IMG/VR virus record: IMGVR_UViG_3300014059_000004
Direction: 5' to 3' (one strand)
Origin: a virus
Length of the DNA: 64,000 nt
The stretch's first letter is position 1; the number at the start of each line of letters is the position of its first letter. A program made the position numbers and the translations under genes. This document shows, piece after piece, positions 1-9,412 of the stretch. Under the pieces are notes generated by a model. It was not told where the DNA came from. It did not search any database and saw only the letters and a program-made list of their open reading frames with translations.

Positions 1-729
1 GTGTACGAAGCGACTTGGGATGCATTTCGCAACAATGACATCGCCCTTTGCGCTTTCTTTGCGTACCCGGGTTACGTGATGACAGGCCTAGCGGCTGCAA
101 AGTCGCCAGGATCTGCTCTTCACTTGATGAACGTTCTGTCTGGCGGTTCTTTGGCTACGACTGTGAAGGGAATCAAGAACGCTTACAAGAAGAGCGGCGG
201 TGGATACTCTGCCCCGCATGGACCAATGTCTCCATCAGGTGGTTACGTTGCTGATCCGATGCCCGGTGGCTTCTTTGGCGAAGGGACTCTTCACGAAGAC
301 GGCAAAGGGAAGAAAAAGAAGAAGCTCCCGCCTATCGGCCAAGTTGTGACGAACAAGAAGCTAGTAGCGAAAGCTCTAGAATCTGATCGCGCTCGCAAGC
401 TGCAAGCTATTTCTAGAGAGATCATTAAGAAGACGTTGAGCAACGTTCTTCAGCAAGCCGAAGCCGTCTTGACTGCAAAGAGCATCCAGGAGCTCGAGAC
501 AAAGTTGGGCAAGAAGGTGAAGGGTTCTGAGAAGCTCAACAACTTGAAACCCGAAGAGCGACAGCAGCTCGAGGCCCAGCTGCTGTCAAACGTGAAGAAG
601 TCTATGACGCTCTTCTACGTGAAGAACTTGCAAGCTCAAGTAAAAGTTGCTATTGAAGCTGGAATCCCGAAAGATTCACCCTTCGTGTCAGATTATGCAG
701 AAGTGATTCAGAAGATCAAGAGCTTCTGA
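1..729 (+). CDS. hypothetical protein (5' partial), Gly/Lys-rich middle, coiled-coil-like C-term
   Basis: Open frame from window edge; KKKKK tract; coherent composition. Confidence 0.5.
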   Translation: MYEATWDAFRNNDIALCAFFAYPGYVMTGLAAAKSPGSALHLMNVLSGGSLATTVKGIKNAYKKSGGGYSAPHGPMSPSGGYVADPMPGGFFGEGTLHEDGKGKKKKKLPPIGQVVTNKKLVAKALESDRARKLQAISREIIKKTLSNVLQQAEAVLTAKSIQELETKLGKKVKGSEKLNNLKPEERQQLEAQLLSNVKKSMTLFYVKNLQAQVKVAIEAGIPKDSPFVSDYAEVIQKIKSF

Positions 730-738
730 ACACTTTCT

Positions 739-1737
739 ATGGCATGTAGTAATATTCTTCTCATGGCTAAGAAGAAGGTTGATCCAAAGAACTACAACGT
801 AGGTTTGATGCACCCTGACGAGCTCGGCGCTCTGAAGGCTCTTGTGAAAGAGTTCATCGGAAAGATTGAAGCGGTTGACAACGAGATCGAGCTCCTGAAA
901 GGTGATCGAGTTGAGATTATTGAAGAATATTCGACGCAACTTGATATGAAAACCCTTCAAGCTGCACTTAAAGTCGTCAAGATCCAATCGTCTGTTGCGC
1001 ACCGTGACACGTTCGATTTGTTCGTCGAAAGCCTCAGCGATCACATTTTAGGAGACACAATGGCCAAGAATTCAAAGACTAAGGCGAAGAAGGCGAAGAA
1101 AGTTGCGGCAGAACCATCACGTGAAGAACGGATGGAATCAGCAGTAAAGAAGGTCGCCAAGAAGAAGGAAAAGGCAGTCACTGCTAAAGTGAAGGTCGCG
1201 AAGACGTTCGAGCTGAACCTAACGAAGTTTGAGCTGCTGCACTTGAGAGATCTTCTCAGCGTTGCCCTCCCACCAGAAGGCCGCGTCACCGTGTCGCAAG
1301 CTCTTGCAAAGCTGGAGAATCGACCGTTGATCGAATCTTACCTGTGGAACAAGGTCAGCGATGCATGCATCTCAGCGGATCTTCCGATGGATTCATCAGC
1401 ACCTGATTACGTGGTTGCCCCTTCTGGCGCACCGCCACTCGGAGTCTTCCAGCTCGCGCAAGAAGAAGCTTCTGACTCATCTGACGATGATGCCTCGAGC
1501 ATCTTTGAAGATGAAGAAGATGATCTTGAAGGCCTCGACGAGCTCGATGAGCTTGAAGAGGATGACGAGGAAGAAGAAGACGAAGAAGGAGATTTACATG
1601 GACTTGAAAGTCGGACAGATCATATACGCGGTCTTGCCAAAGAAGATGATCGTGTACCCGCTGCGTTGCGTAGAGGAGATCACAAAGAAAACTTTGGAAG
1701 GAACGAAGATCGATTACATCTTGGAGTCTGGAGGTGA
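739..1737 (+). CDS. hypothetical protein with Lys-rich centre and strongly acidic D/E tail
   Basis: 332 aa ORF; acidic run EEDDEEEEDEEGD near 1560-1590; true 3' end uncertain (overlaps next gene). Confidence 0.45.
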   Translation: MACSNILLMAKKKVDPKNYNVGLMHPDELGALKALVKEFIGKIEAVDNEIELLKGDRVEIIEEYSTQLDMKTLQAALKVVKIQSSVAHRDTFDLFVESLSDHILGDTMAKNSKTKAKKAKKVAAEPSREERMESAVKKVAKKKEKAVTAKVKVAKTFELNLTKFELLHLRDLLSVALPPEGRVTVSQALAKLENRPLIESYLWNKVSDACISADLPMDSSAPDYVVAPSGAPPLGVFQLAQEEASDSSDDDASSIFEDEEDDLEGLDELDELEEDDEEEEDEEGDLHGLESRTDHIRGLAKEDDRVPAALRRGDHKENFGRNEDRLHLGVWR

Positions 1738-2041
1738 AGATCGTGAAAGGATCAACCTTGATGAGTTCAAAGGTGAGATCTTCGATTCTGTCGAGAAGCT
1801 AAAGTCTACGCTAGTCGCTCGGGCATCAAATCAGATCAACAAGATGGTCGATGCTGCCGTTGAGAAGGCTAACGCATGGTTCCCATCCAAGACGAGTCAG
1901 CTGCAAGACGATGATACAACTCTGTTCGGTGGATCTCCGCCAGATTCTTCACCGGTCGAAATTTCTACTGCTGAAGTCATGCTACCAGATGGCAGGGTTG
2001 TCAACGCAAAAGTCAAGGTTCATGAGTCGTTGAAGAGTTGA
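1598..2041 (+). CDS. hypothetical protein
   Basis: ATG at 1598 in frame of ORF 1361..2041 immediately after acidic tail of upstream gene; protein-like composition. Confidence 0.4.
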   Translation: MDLKVGQIIYAVLPKKMIVYPLRCVEEITKKTLEGTKIDYILESGGEDRERINLDEFKGEIFDSVEKLKSTLVARASNQINKMVDAAVEKANAWFPSKTSQLQDDDTTLFGGSPPDSSPVEISTAEVMLPDGRVVNAKVKVHESLKS

Positions 2042-2054
2042 TACTTAAGTCGTC

Positions 2055-2324
2055 ATGGTCAACATCTTGAAAGAGTTCATCCTTGAAGCTATCAAGGCTT
2101 CTTCTTCCTACATGAAGAAAGAACGTGTTAGAGCCGAGCTTCAAGAGATGATCGTTGCTTCTGTGAAGTCAGGTGCAATCTCTGATCAAAAATCACTAGA
2201 TGAATTCTTCTCAACGCTGGACATGGCGGCTCTTGCGCTAAAAGCAGTTCCTTACGAGGCCTACGTGCAGCTCGCTGGCGCAAAGAAGAGTGCAAAGTTA
2301 GCTCACAAAGCTTTACGATGGTAA
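2055..2324 (+). CDS. hypothetical protein
   Basis: 89 aa ORF, compact spacing. Confidence 0.45.
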   Translation: MVNILKEFILEAIKASSSYMKKERVRAELQEMIVASVKSGAISDQKSLDEFFSTLDMAALALKAVPYEAYVQLAGAKKSAKLAHKALRW

Positions 2325-2325
2325 C

Positions 2326-2733
2326 ATGAGCTCTGAACCGATTCGGACAAAGATCGAAGATGAAGTACGACGTTGGGATGCTGAGATGAAGTGCCTCCCT
2401 ACGAAAGAAGAGATCTTTGAGTTCGAGATTGTTCGAAGCGAAGGAAAGCACAACATGTTCGAGCGTGATAACGTCCAACGTTACGCGTTTGAAACCGGAC
2501 TGTACCATCTTGTCAATTGGATGGAGCGTTGCAAGGAACATCGCATCAGCTATCTCTCGATGTTCAACGTGGCATTTGCAGCAGCTGAGAAAGACTACGG
2601 TTCACGGGCGACTTGGATCACGCCTGAGATGAGAAAGAAGCGCAAGGCTGCAGCGCTCATCGCAAAGAAAGACAGGCTCCTTGCCGAACTTCGAGCGTTG
2701 GGTGCTGAAGAGAGTGAACTAGAAGACCCGTAA
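2326..2733 (+). CDS. hypothetical protein
   Basis: 135 aa ORF starting 2 nt after upstream stop. Confidence 0.5.
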   Translation: MSSEPIRTKIEDEVRRWDAEMKCLPTKEEIFEFEIVRSEGKHNMFERDNVQRYAFETGLYHLVNWMERCKEHRISYLSMFNVAFAAAEKDYGSRATWITPEMRKKRKAAALIAKKDRLLAELRALGAEESELEDP

Positions 2734-2749
2734 AGCTTACCATAGAAGT

Positions 2750-3307
2750 ATGGAACTGTCGAAGGCTCGTAGCATCGGAGAATCCTTGCTCAAGCTCATC
2801 GGACCAGCAGTGAAGCGAGCAGAGATCGCTGGGTCAGTCCGCCGTGAGAAGGAGACAGTCAAAGACATCGAGCTTGTCATCATTGTTGATGATTACGAGG
2901 CTCTCTTTGGTGCTCTTCGGTCGCGAGGAAAGTTCATCAAGCCTGGCGTTCCTGACATCATCGAATGGCCACCAAAGGTTGGTGCGAAGTACCTGCGCCT
3001 CCTCCTTGAAGAAGGAATCAAGCTAGATGTCTTCGTGGCAACGCCGGCGAACTGGGGCTCGTTGCTGTGCATGAGAACTGGGTCTGCAACTGCACCAAAC
3101 GGTAACGTCCACGGTGGGTTTGTTCCGAAGATGTTTTCGATTTGGAAGAAAGTTTCTGGCGGCGGCCGGATGCTGGGTTGCTTGCCAACGCGGCCAGATG
3201 GCACACAAGTTCACGTTCCTGAGGAGCGAGATTTCTTCGATTTGCTCGGTGTCCAGTGGGTTGAACCGCGCGATCGAACAAGTTCAAAGGCAGTCAAAGC
3301 AAAATGA
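2750..3307 (+). CDS. minimal DNA polymerase X (Pol beta-like nucleotidyltransferase)
   Basis: GSVRREKETVKDIELVI nucleotidyltransferase motif (GS...D-x-D) and C-terminal FFDLLGVQWVEPRDR resembling Pol beta C-terminus (FDYIQWKYREPKDR); 185 aa like ASFV Pol X. Confidence 0.72.
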   Translation: MELSKARSIGESLLKLIGPAVKRAEIAGSVRREKETVKDIELVIIVDDYEALFGALRSRGKFIKPGVPDIIEWPPKVGAKYLRLLLEEGIKLDVFVATPANWGSLLCMRTGSATAPNGNVHGGFVPKMFSIWKKVSGGGRMLGCLPTRPDGTQVHVPEERDFFDLLGVQWVEPRDRTSSKAVKAK

Positions 3308-3567
3308 GGATTTCTATGGATGATATTTTCGCCACTCTTACGACTCTTTTCATAGTTGTCATCGTGGCCGGGTTGATCGCATGCAGCGTCTTCGTCATCA
3401 AAGCTGACGGTCGAACAGACTATTGCTTCATCACCCGCGCTGATTACACCGGCAGGTACTCGTTGATGGCAAATCGACAGTGGAGGTTCAACAGAGAGAT
3501 TCAGTCATCCATGTCGATCGATGATCTTCATGCAACTGCCAAAAAGCTGGAGTGCCCTCTCAAATGA
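3304..3567 (+). CDS. small membrane protein
   Basis: ATGA overlap with PolX stop; hydrophobic helix LTTLFIVVIVAGLIACSVFVI. Confidence 0.5.
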   Translation: MRISMDDIFATLTTLFIVVIVAGLIACSVFVIKADGRTDYCFITRADYTGRYSLMANRQWRFNREIQSSMSIDDLHATAKKLECPLK

Positions 3568-3761
3568 ACGACACGAGCCTGGAATCGCGAGCCAAAGTCA
3601 TCCTCGAAGGAATCGATGATGAGATCGCCGATTGGTTCATCGCAGGTTGCCCAAACGACTTGATGACGCACCTGGGAATGACCCCTCAAGAGTACGCAAC
3701 GTTCTTGTTCAAACCTCAGCGCTGGGCGATCGATTACGTCGTGTCTCTTCATGGAGAGTGA
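3564..3761 (+). CDS. hypothetical protein
   Basis: ATG 3564 overlaps upstream TGA (ATGA). Confidence 0.4.
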   Translation: MNDTSLESRAKVILEGIDDEIADWFIAGCPNDLMTHLGMTPQEYATFLFKPQRWAIDYVVSLHGE

Positions 3762-3978
3762 ATATCCAACACCAGGGATGCTGTTCATACCCAAGACAGA
3801 TGATCTACTTGAAACGTGGGTTGTTATATCAACCCGCGTTCACGTGGTCGATGGCGTTCAGAAGTACACGATCTGTTGGTTGAGCGCTCGGCAAGAGTTG
3901 TTCGTTGGGCTGCCGCAACGTTGGGCTGCCGCAACCTATCGATCTTGTGTCAATAGCGTACATGAAGGTGCTCTATGA
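3751..3978 (+). CDS. small paralog (PGxL N-terminal motif)
   Basis: N-term MESEYPTPGMLFIPKTDD; similar to following three ORFs. Confidence 0.4.
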   Translation: MESEYPTPGMLFIPKTDDLLETWVVISTRVHVVDGVQKYTICWLSARQELFVGLPQRWAAATYRSCVNSVHEGAL

Positions 3979-4187
3979 AATCTATGATCACGCCGGGAAC
4001 GTTGTTGCTTAACAAGAACGATATGACCACGTGGTGGTTGCTTGTAAGCTACAATGTCGTGGAAGACTGCATCTATAACGTAGTGTGGTTTAACATAACA
4101 AACAGCGAGATCATCAGCGCACGAATACATGTCGACAGTCTGAAACGCACGGCGATGCGTGAACTTTACATGCTCATTGAACCATGA
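3975..4187 (+). CDS. small paralog (PGTLL motif)
   Basis: N-term MKSMITPGTLLLNKND; 4-nt overlap coupling. Confidence 0.45.
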   Translation: MKSMITPGTLLLNKNDMTTWWLLVSYNVVEDCIYNVVWFNITNSEIISARIHVDSLKRTAMRELYMLIEP

Positions 4188-4396
4188 AGAAAACGCCTAT
4201 CGTTCCTGGCATGATTTTGCTGTCAAAGTTTCAATCGTTCTCGTTCATGCTGCTGGCGTTGTACGATCATGATGCTCATGATAAGTGCGTCATATGGATG
4301 AACGTAGCAACGTCAGAGCTCACTAAGACTTTCATCGCAAAGAAGACAAAGCTGTACGTAGAAGATTACGATCACGAGTTCTGCGGGTTCATATGA
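4184..4396 (+). CDS. small paralog (PGMIL motif)
   Basis: N-term MKKTPIVPGMILLSK; coupled. Confidence 0.45.
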   Translation: MKKTPIVPGMILLSKFQSFSFMLLALYDHDAHDKCVIWMNVATSELTKTFIAKKTKLYVEDYDHEFCGFI

Positions 4397-4683
4397 GTAA
4401 TGTTGAACCGAAGATTGTGCCAGGAACGCTAGTGATCTCTGATTCTATATCTTGGCGTGGCGTCCTCTTGTGCACTGCCGTGTATAGATTGGGTAGCAAT
4501 TGCTACGTTCATTACGTAGGATTCTTCAAAGATGGTCGTGTGAAGTTCGACATAGTCGACGACAATTCGTGGCGACTTCACAATGAAACGTACGAAAAGT
4601 GGATGAATAATCCATCACGATACACGGTTGTGCAACCCTTATTGCTCTTGAGGTACAGTAAGATACATGGCAAGGCTTCTTGA
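4393..4683 (+). CDS. small paralog (PGTLV motif)
   Basis: N-term MSNVEPKIVPGTLVISD; coupled. Confidence 0.45.
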   Translation: MSNVEPKIVPGTLVISDSISWRGVLLCTAVYRLGSNCYVHYVGFFKDGRVKFDIVDDNSWRLHNETYEKWMNNPSRYTVVQPLLLLRYSKIHGKAS

Positions 4684-5815
4684 GAAGGTTTCTTTCGCAT
4701 GTCGAAACTCAGAGAAGGTGAAAGACCTCTCTGGGAACGATATCGAAGTTCGTCCGACGTTCACCTTCAACCCGGAATCGAAGACTTCCCCTGCGACTGC
4801 AAAGCGTTGGGTCGAGACAAACTGGTACGGCCGGAACAAGGGCGTGTTCGAACCCATCACAGAGCTTAACAGCGGGCTTGTGCTGAAGATCACGAACCTT
4901 GAAGTTCGCAGCGAAGGTGGTCGAGCGTACAAAGTCATCGATCAGTTCAATCGCCAGCACGATCTCCGTGAGGATCAACTTCTGGAGTGCATCAAGCGCG
5001 AGGGCATCGCTCCGGGTGGGAAGCTCGGCGGGCAGTTCGTGTGGGGCGTTGATGGGTCGACGCTTCGTCTGACTCTCGTTGGCGGTGATTCGTACGCAGA
5101 GATGGTTCAGGGTTCGATCGATGCTTCTGCAGCAGCATCTTGGAATCCTTTGACTTTGAAGACGATGACACCGGGCACGGTGTGCCAGAAGCGCGATGGA
5201 ACGAAGCTCGTCTTCTTGGGCCGTGCAAAATTCCCGCACCTGAATGGAACTCTTCATGCTTTCGTCGAGCTTCCTGCGCCACCCGAACGTTACGATCCCG
5301 AGGTGGCTGCTAACAACGGCGGTGATCCTTCCTTCGTCAAGAAGAACAACGATATCGCAGATGCATGGGATTCCATGTCATGGAAGGCTCGCTACGATTA
5401 CGTGGAGTTGGATCGATACGCACGTTACGATCGACCCGACAGAGAAGATCATCGAATCTACAAGCCCGTCATCTTCTTGAGCAGCCCGAAGTTCGTGTCT
5501 GCTGAAGAAGTTTTGAAGGACTTTCCTACATCGATGTTCATGAATGCTAACGATTCACGGCCGTACGTGACCGGAAACCAAGATGAACTGCGCAATTTTT
5601 ACCTCGACAACAGTCTTGGACCTCAGTACAATGCTACGTGGAACTGCTACGGTCACAACAACAGAAGCGCAGTTGCGGAACGAAAGCGTCTGCAGAAATT
5701 GATCGAGGAAGATCATGCAAAGGCACTGAAGGCTGCAAAGGAGGCTGTAACGTGGCTCTTAACGATGGCGCAGTGGAAGGTAAGAAGTTGTCGACAGAAC
5801 GCATCAAGGAGATGA
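4667..5815 (+). CDS. hypothetical protein (382 aa)
   Basis: Long ORF; stop TGA overlaps next ATG (ATGATGA at 5812-5817). Confidence 0.55.
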   Translation: MARLLEKVSFACRNSEKVKDLSGNDIEVRPTFTFNPESKTSPATAKRWVETNWYGRNKGVFEPITELNSGLVLKITNLEVRSEGGRAYKVIDQFNRQHDLREDQLLECIKREGIAPGGKLGGQFVWGVDGSTLRLTLVGGDSYAEMVQGSIDASAAASWNPLTLKTMTPGTVCQKRDGTKLVFLGRAKFPHLNGTLHAFVELPAPPERYDPEVAANNGGDPSFVKKNNDIADAWDSMSWKARYDYVELDRYARYDRPDREDHRIYKPVIFLSSPKFVSAEEVLKDFPTSMFMNANDSRPYVTGNQDELRNFYLDNSLGPQYNATWNCYGHNNRSAVAERKRLQKLIEEDHAKALKAAKEAVTWLLTMAQWKVRSCRQNASRR

Positions 5816-6306
5816 TGAAGGGTTGGTTGAACGATCCTAGCGCTCGTGGACGCTTTGATCACCTCGTTGATGTTGATCATTATCACAAGAATCATGGGAA
5901 GCCAAACTACTGGTTCAGCAAGCTGACGCTTCAAGAGTTCATCGACCGATCGGTTGCTAGGTTTGGATTGAAGCCCGGTCTGACGGCCGAGGAGGCTCGC
6001 CAGAAGATATGGGATCTGTGGTGCAATCCGAAGAGCTGGCAACGCACTGAGAAGCGGCGCCTCGGTGCAGATCACCTAGATTTTATCTATGAGATGAACG
6101 GAAACGTTCTTGGTGGTTTCATGGAAGATTTCATGGGCGATCACGATCGAGAGTTGTGCGCTCGGTATGCGGGGCGATCTGAGGCAGAGAAGTGCATCTA
6201 CAGGCTCTTCGACTCGAATCTATTCGGTGACAACTACAGGCTCGAGGTCGTCACCACGCCTGATGACAGTCATGTCATCGGTTGGGTCATCGTGGAGGAT
6301 TTATGA
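5812..6306 (+). CDS. hypothetical protein
   Basis: ATG at 5812 preceded by aaggag; in frame of ORF 5638..6306. Confidence 0.5.
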   Translation: MMKGWLNDPSARGRFDHLVDVDHYHKNHGKPNYWFSKLTLQEFIDRSVARFGLKPGLTAEEARQKIWDLWCNPKSWQRTEKRRLGADHLDFIYEMNGNVLGGFMEDFMGDHDRELCARYAGRSEAEKCIYRLFDSNLFGDNYRLEVVTTPDDSHVIGWVIVEDL

Positions 6307-7055
6307 AGATTTACATCCCTGATCTCGGAGATTCGTTCAGCGTCGAGCAGATGTCATGGTCTGTCACGATCAAGAAAGATTTTAGGAACACAGTTGCTCT
6401 TAAGTTGCTGAAGCTCTATAATCAGCCAGGTGAGGCAACTGTGACGCTTCCAGCCGGAACTACGTTTACCATCGATGACATCGGTGATGAATTCAACACA
6501 AACGACGTGACGATCATCATCACGAGCTGCGAGCGCCACGAGTACGTTGGCCTGCGGTTTGCAGTGAGCTTCCAGACAATCGGCTCTGTCAACTTGGATC
6601 TCGTTGCAAAGAATCAGCTACGAGGCGGAAACTACGCTGCATCTCTTCGGTCATCGGCTCGCGCTGCAGTTGATCCCAGTTACAAGGAGAAGAAAGAGAA
6701 GCGCAAGGCCGCTGAAGATCACATCAGAGCCATCCGCGAAGTTATCGTATCGATGGTCAACAATTCTGTGCCCGGTGCTAGAATGGAACATCTGGACGCA
6801 GTCGCTCAAAACGCTGAGAACTACTTGTACGCTGGCCGTGCACGCCCGTTGATGTACAACAAGCGTTACTTTAACAATCTGATGTACGATAAGAACATGT
6901 GGAACGTGCTGTCAACCAAGAAAGAGTCAGATGGTTCTGTTGTCAGGAAAGTTGGCTTCTACAGTCGTTCTGATTCTGGCGGCTTCATAGTTCGATCTCT
7001 CAACAACGAAATTCTTTCTGTAGAACCTTACTTGCCCACGGAGTCAACCAAGTGA
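6303..7055 (+). CDS. hypothetical protein
   Basis: ATGA coupling at 6303; 250 aa. Confidence 0.55.
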   Translation: MKIYIPDLGDSFSVEQMSWSVTIKKDFRNTVALKLLKLYNQPGEATVTLPAGTTFTIDDIGDEFNTNDVTIIITSCERHEYVGLRFAVSFQTIGSVNLDLVAKNQLRGGNYAASLRSSARAAVDPSYKEKKEKRKAAEDHIRAIREVIVSMVNNSVPGARMEHLDAVAQNAENYLYAGRARPLMYNKRYFNNLMYDKNMWNVLSTKKESDGSVVRKVGFYSRSDSGGFIVRSLNNEILSVEPYLPTESTK

Positions 7056-8266
7056 AATTTTTCGTACCTGCAGTTGGTTACCAGATCGTCCTCGCTGCTG
7101 ATTGGAACTTCTCGCTCTACCTCGAAGACAGGAACGACACGTGCCTGAAGCTCTTGGCGCCCAAAGTCTACGAGGATGTGAAAAGCAACTGGCACAATCG
7201 TTCCAAATCCGGAAAGGGCTGGCCGCTCGATTACAAGCACGAGTCTGTGATGCTGCCGAAAGGCACGAAGCTGGAGATCGATCGAGTTTACGTTCGAACT
7301 GCGAACAAGGCCAAGGAAGGATCTGACAACTACGATTCCATCACGTTCAAAGTTGTTGGCGAAAAATCGAAAGTTCGCTTCTGGGCGAAGCTCGAAGACG
7401 TCAACAACATCGAGTACGAGCTCCCAGACAACTTCACTGCAGGCAAAGAAGCTGCAGTGAAGGCAGCGAAGGCACCCAAGAAGCTGACGCTTAAGGATAT
7501 CACAACAACCATCGATGGCGCTTTGCACCTGTACGATCGGGAAGACAAGCGCAATTACCCGAAATGGTTGACAGCAACTGCGCAGGGTGAGATCAAGCAC
7601 CTGCTTGATACGTTCAATTCATTTGCAATTCCAATCAAGCGTGCCGAGAGTGAAGCTCGCCGGCAAGTTGCTGAGCGCGATGCAAAGTTGCGCTATGCAC
7701 AAGGTAACTTTCCTGCGTACTTGAAGACCACGATCAAATCTGTGGAAGAGTACGTGAAGTGGGACTTGCAGCACCGCAACTATAATCTCAGGTTGCAACC
7801 TGAGATTGATGACAAAGATCTCCGTGAAGATGCGGCTCGAGTCATCGCGTACCATCTTCTTAGTTACTACTGCGTTAGCAAGGTGCAGTTCAAGCGCAGA
7901 GCTGATGGTTCTGCAGTTCGAACGTGGTCATTTAAGGTCAGAGATAATGTTCCCACGCCGCCGAGCATCCATGCCATCGACGTGTCAAAGTATTGGTTGC
8001 AAGTCGCGGTCGATCCTACCGAGACAGAGATCGTCAGCTTCTCGTGCGGTGTGGACGGGAATCCTCCGCCAGTCGCTTTAGACCGCTCGGAGTTATCACG
8101 AGAAGCCCACGAATTAATTCGAGATAAACAAATGGTTAGTACTGTGGTATCATTTATCAGTAAATCGTGGGCTAACATCGACTGGGACAGCGTGTACTGC
8201 TGGCTCGTCGTTCCATGCACAGGAAGGATTCAAAGCAGATGTCGTTCATCAGATGGCCAGAGATAG
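7052..8266 (+). CDS. hypothetical protein (404 aa)
   Basis: GTGA coupling to upstream stop; long clean ORF. Confidence 0.55.
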   Translation: MKFFVPAVGYQIVLAADWNFSLYLEDRNDTCLKLLAPKVYEDVKSNWHNRSKSGKGWPLDYKHESVMLPKGTKLEIDRVYVRTANKAKEGSDNYDSITFKVVGEKSKVRFWAKLEDVNNIEYELPDNFTAGKEAAVKAAKAPKKLTLKDITTTIDGALHLYDREDKRNYPKWLTATAQGEIKHLLDTFNSFAIPIKRAESEARRQVAERDAKLRYAQGNFPAYLKTTIKSVEEYVKWDLQHRNYNLRLQPEIDDKDLREDAARVIAYHLLSYYCVSKVQFKRRADGSAVRTWSFKVRDNVPTPPSIHAIDVSKYWLQVAVDPTETEIVSFSCGVDGNPPPVALDRSELSREAHELIRDKQMVSTVVSFISKSWANIDWDSVYCWLVVPCTGRIQSRCRSSDGQR

Positions 8267-9237
8267 TCAACTTCCACACGCTTCGGAAGAACATCAGGAA
8301 CTACCCCCACATCGTGGGAGACGGTAACGTCACCTTCAGGCCCAAGGTGAAGCTTCATGGTGCCAATGCAGGGATCCAAGTCAGGCGAAAGGGCATCACA
8401 GTCCAGACCCGCGAGCAGTTCATCGCTCCTGGCAACGATTTTGCTGGGTTGGCAGCATGGGCTCACAGAGAATCGCAATCGTTTGTAGACACCGGTGCAG
8501 CAGTCGATAAAGTGATCTTCGGTGAATGGTGCGGACCTGGCATCAACAAGGGAACAGCATTGACGCAAGTCAGCAAGAAGTTCTTTGCTGTCTTTGCCGC
8601 TGCGACCCTAGACGCATTTGACAACGAAGAGTCGAAGCTGATCGTTGAACCTGACGAACTCGAGATGCTGGTCGCGGGCGTCCATGATGCGTACGTGCTT
8701 CCTTGGCACTCGAAGTCGTTCAACGTTAACATGTTGCACCATGCAAAAGATCTGCAACCCATCGTTGACAAGATAAACAGCGACGTTGCTGAAGTTGAGA
8801 GATGCGATCCCTGGGTAAAGTCCACGTTCCAAGTTGAGGGCGTCGGTGAAGGTCTCGTTTACTACCCACTGCCAACGACGGTGAAGACGTTCACGAACTT
8901 GGCTTTCAAGGCAAAGGGTGAAGCTCACAAGATCTTGACGCACGGAAAACCAGCGCAAGTTGATCCGGAAGTTGCCGCATCTGCAGCTGAGTTTGTCGCT
9001 CTCGTTCTGTCTGAAGCTCGCCTCGTGCAAGGTGTCGCCACGCTCGGTGGTGAATATCATCCGCGACTCACGGGACCGTTCTTGGCTTGGGTGTGCAAGG
9101 ACGTCTTCAAGGAAGCTCAAGCTGAGCTTGAAGCCAGCGGGTTGGAGTGGCACGACGTTCGTGGTCAGCTGCAAGCTGCTGCGCGTGCATGGTACTTGAA
9201 GAAGTGCAACGAAACGTTACGTCATGGTACAATCTAA
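8239..9237 (+). CDS. ATP-dependent RNA ligase, Rnl2-like (nick-sealing nucleotidyltransferase)
   Basis: Motif I KLHGAN (KxHGxN of Rnl2-type ligases), motif V-like AFKAKGEAHK; RBS aggaagga 10 nt before ATG 8239. Confidence 0.62.
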   Translation: MSFIRWPEIVNFHTLRKNIRNYPHIVGDGNVTFRPKVKLHGANAGIQVRRKGITVQTREQFIAPGNDFAGLAAWAHRESQSFVDTGAAVDKVIFGEWCGPGINKGTALTQVSKKFFAVFAAATLDAFDNEESKLIVEPDELEMLVAGVHDAYVLPWHSKSFNVNMLHHAKDLQPIVDKINSDVAEVERCDPWVKSTFQVEGVGEGLVYYPLPTTVKTFTNLAFKAKGEAHKILTHGKPAQVDPEVAASAAEFVALVLSEARLVQGVATLGGEYHPRLTGPFLAWVCKDVFKEAQAELEASGLEWHDVRGQLQAAARAWYLKKCNETLRHGTI

Positions 9238-9240
9238 GAA

Positions 9241-9412
9241 GATGCTACAACCTCACGTGGTTCTGTGCGACGGCATGAATTTTCTGCATCGAGCCCGAAG
9301 TGGATGGACAGGCGGTCCTGCGCCCGTCGTCTTCAACTTCATGAGGAACATCAGGTCTCTCGTGGAGACGCTATTCTTTGCCCCTCCAACACGGTTCGAT
9401 ATACTTAATTGA
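9241..9412 (+). pseudogene. orphan 5' fragment (about 57 codons) of the 5'-3' exonuclease gene, displaced by a homing-endonuclease insertion
   Basis: MLQPHVVLCDGMNFLHRARSGWTGGPAPVVFNFMRNIR aligns with N-terminus of the full FEN gene at 10075; ends ...DIL then stop overlapping the endonuclease ATG; GC-rich backbone-like composition. Confidence 0.6.

Noticed and set aside
48-254. 68-aa plus-strand ORF nested in frame 3 of the first gene
   Set aside because: Fully nested in the longer coherent ORF and Cys/Arg/Trp-rich off-frame-like composition.
9224-9412. Treating the 62-aa ORF as an independent small gene or exon 1 of a split (intron-containing) FEN gene
   Set aside because: The downstream FEN gene is complete with its own paralogous N-terminus, and no group-I intron-like structure or splice junction is evident. 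Better explained as an orphaned 5' fragment left by the homing-endonuclease insertion.
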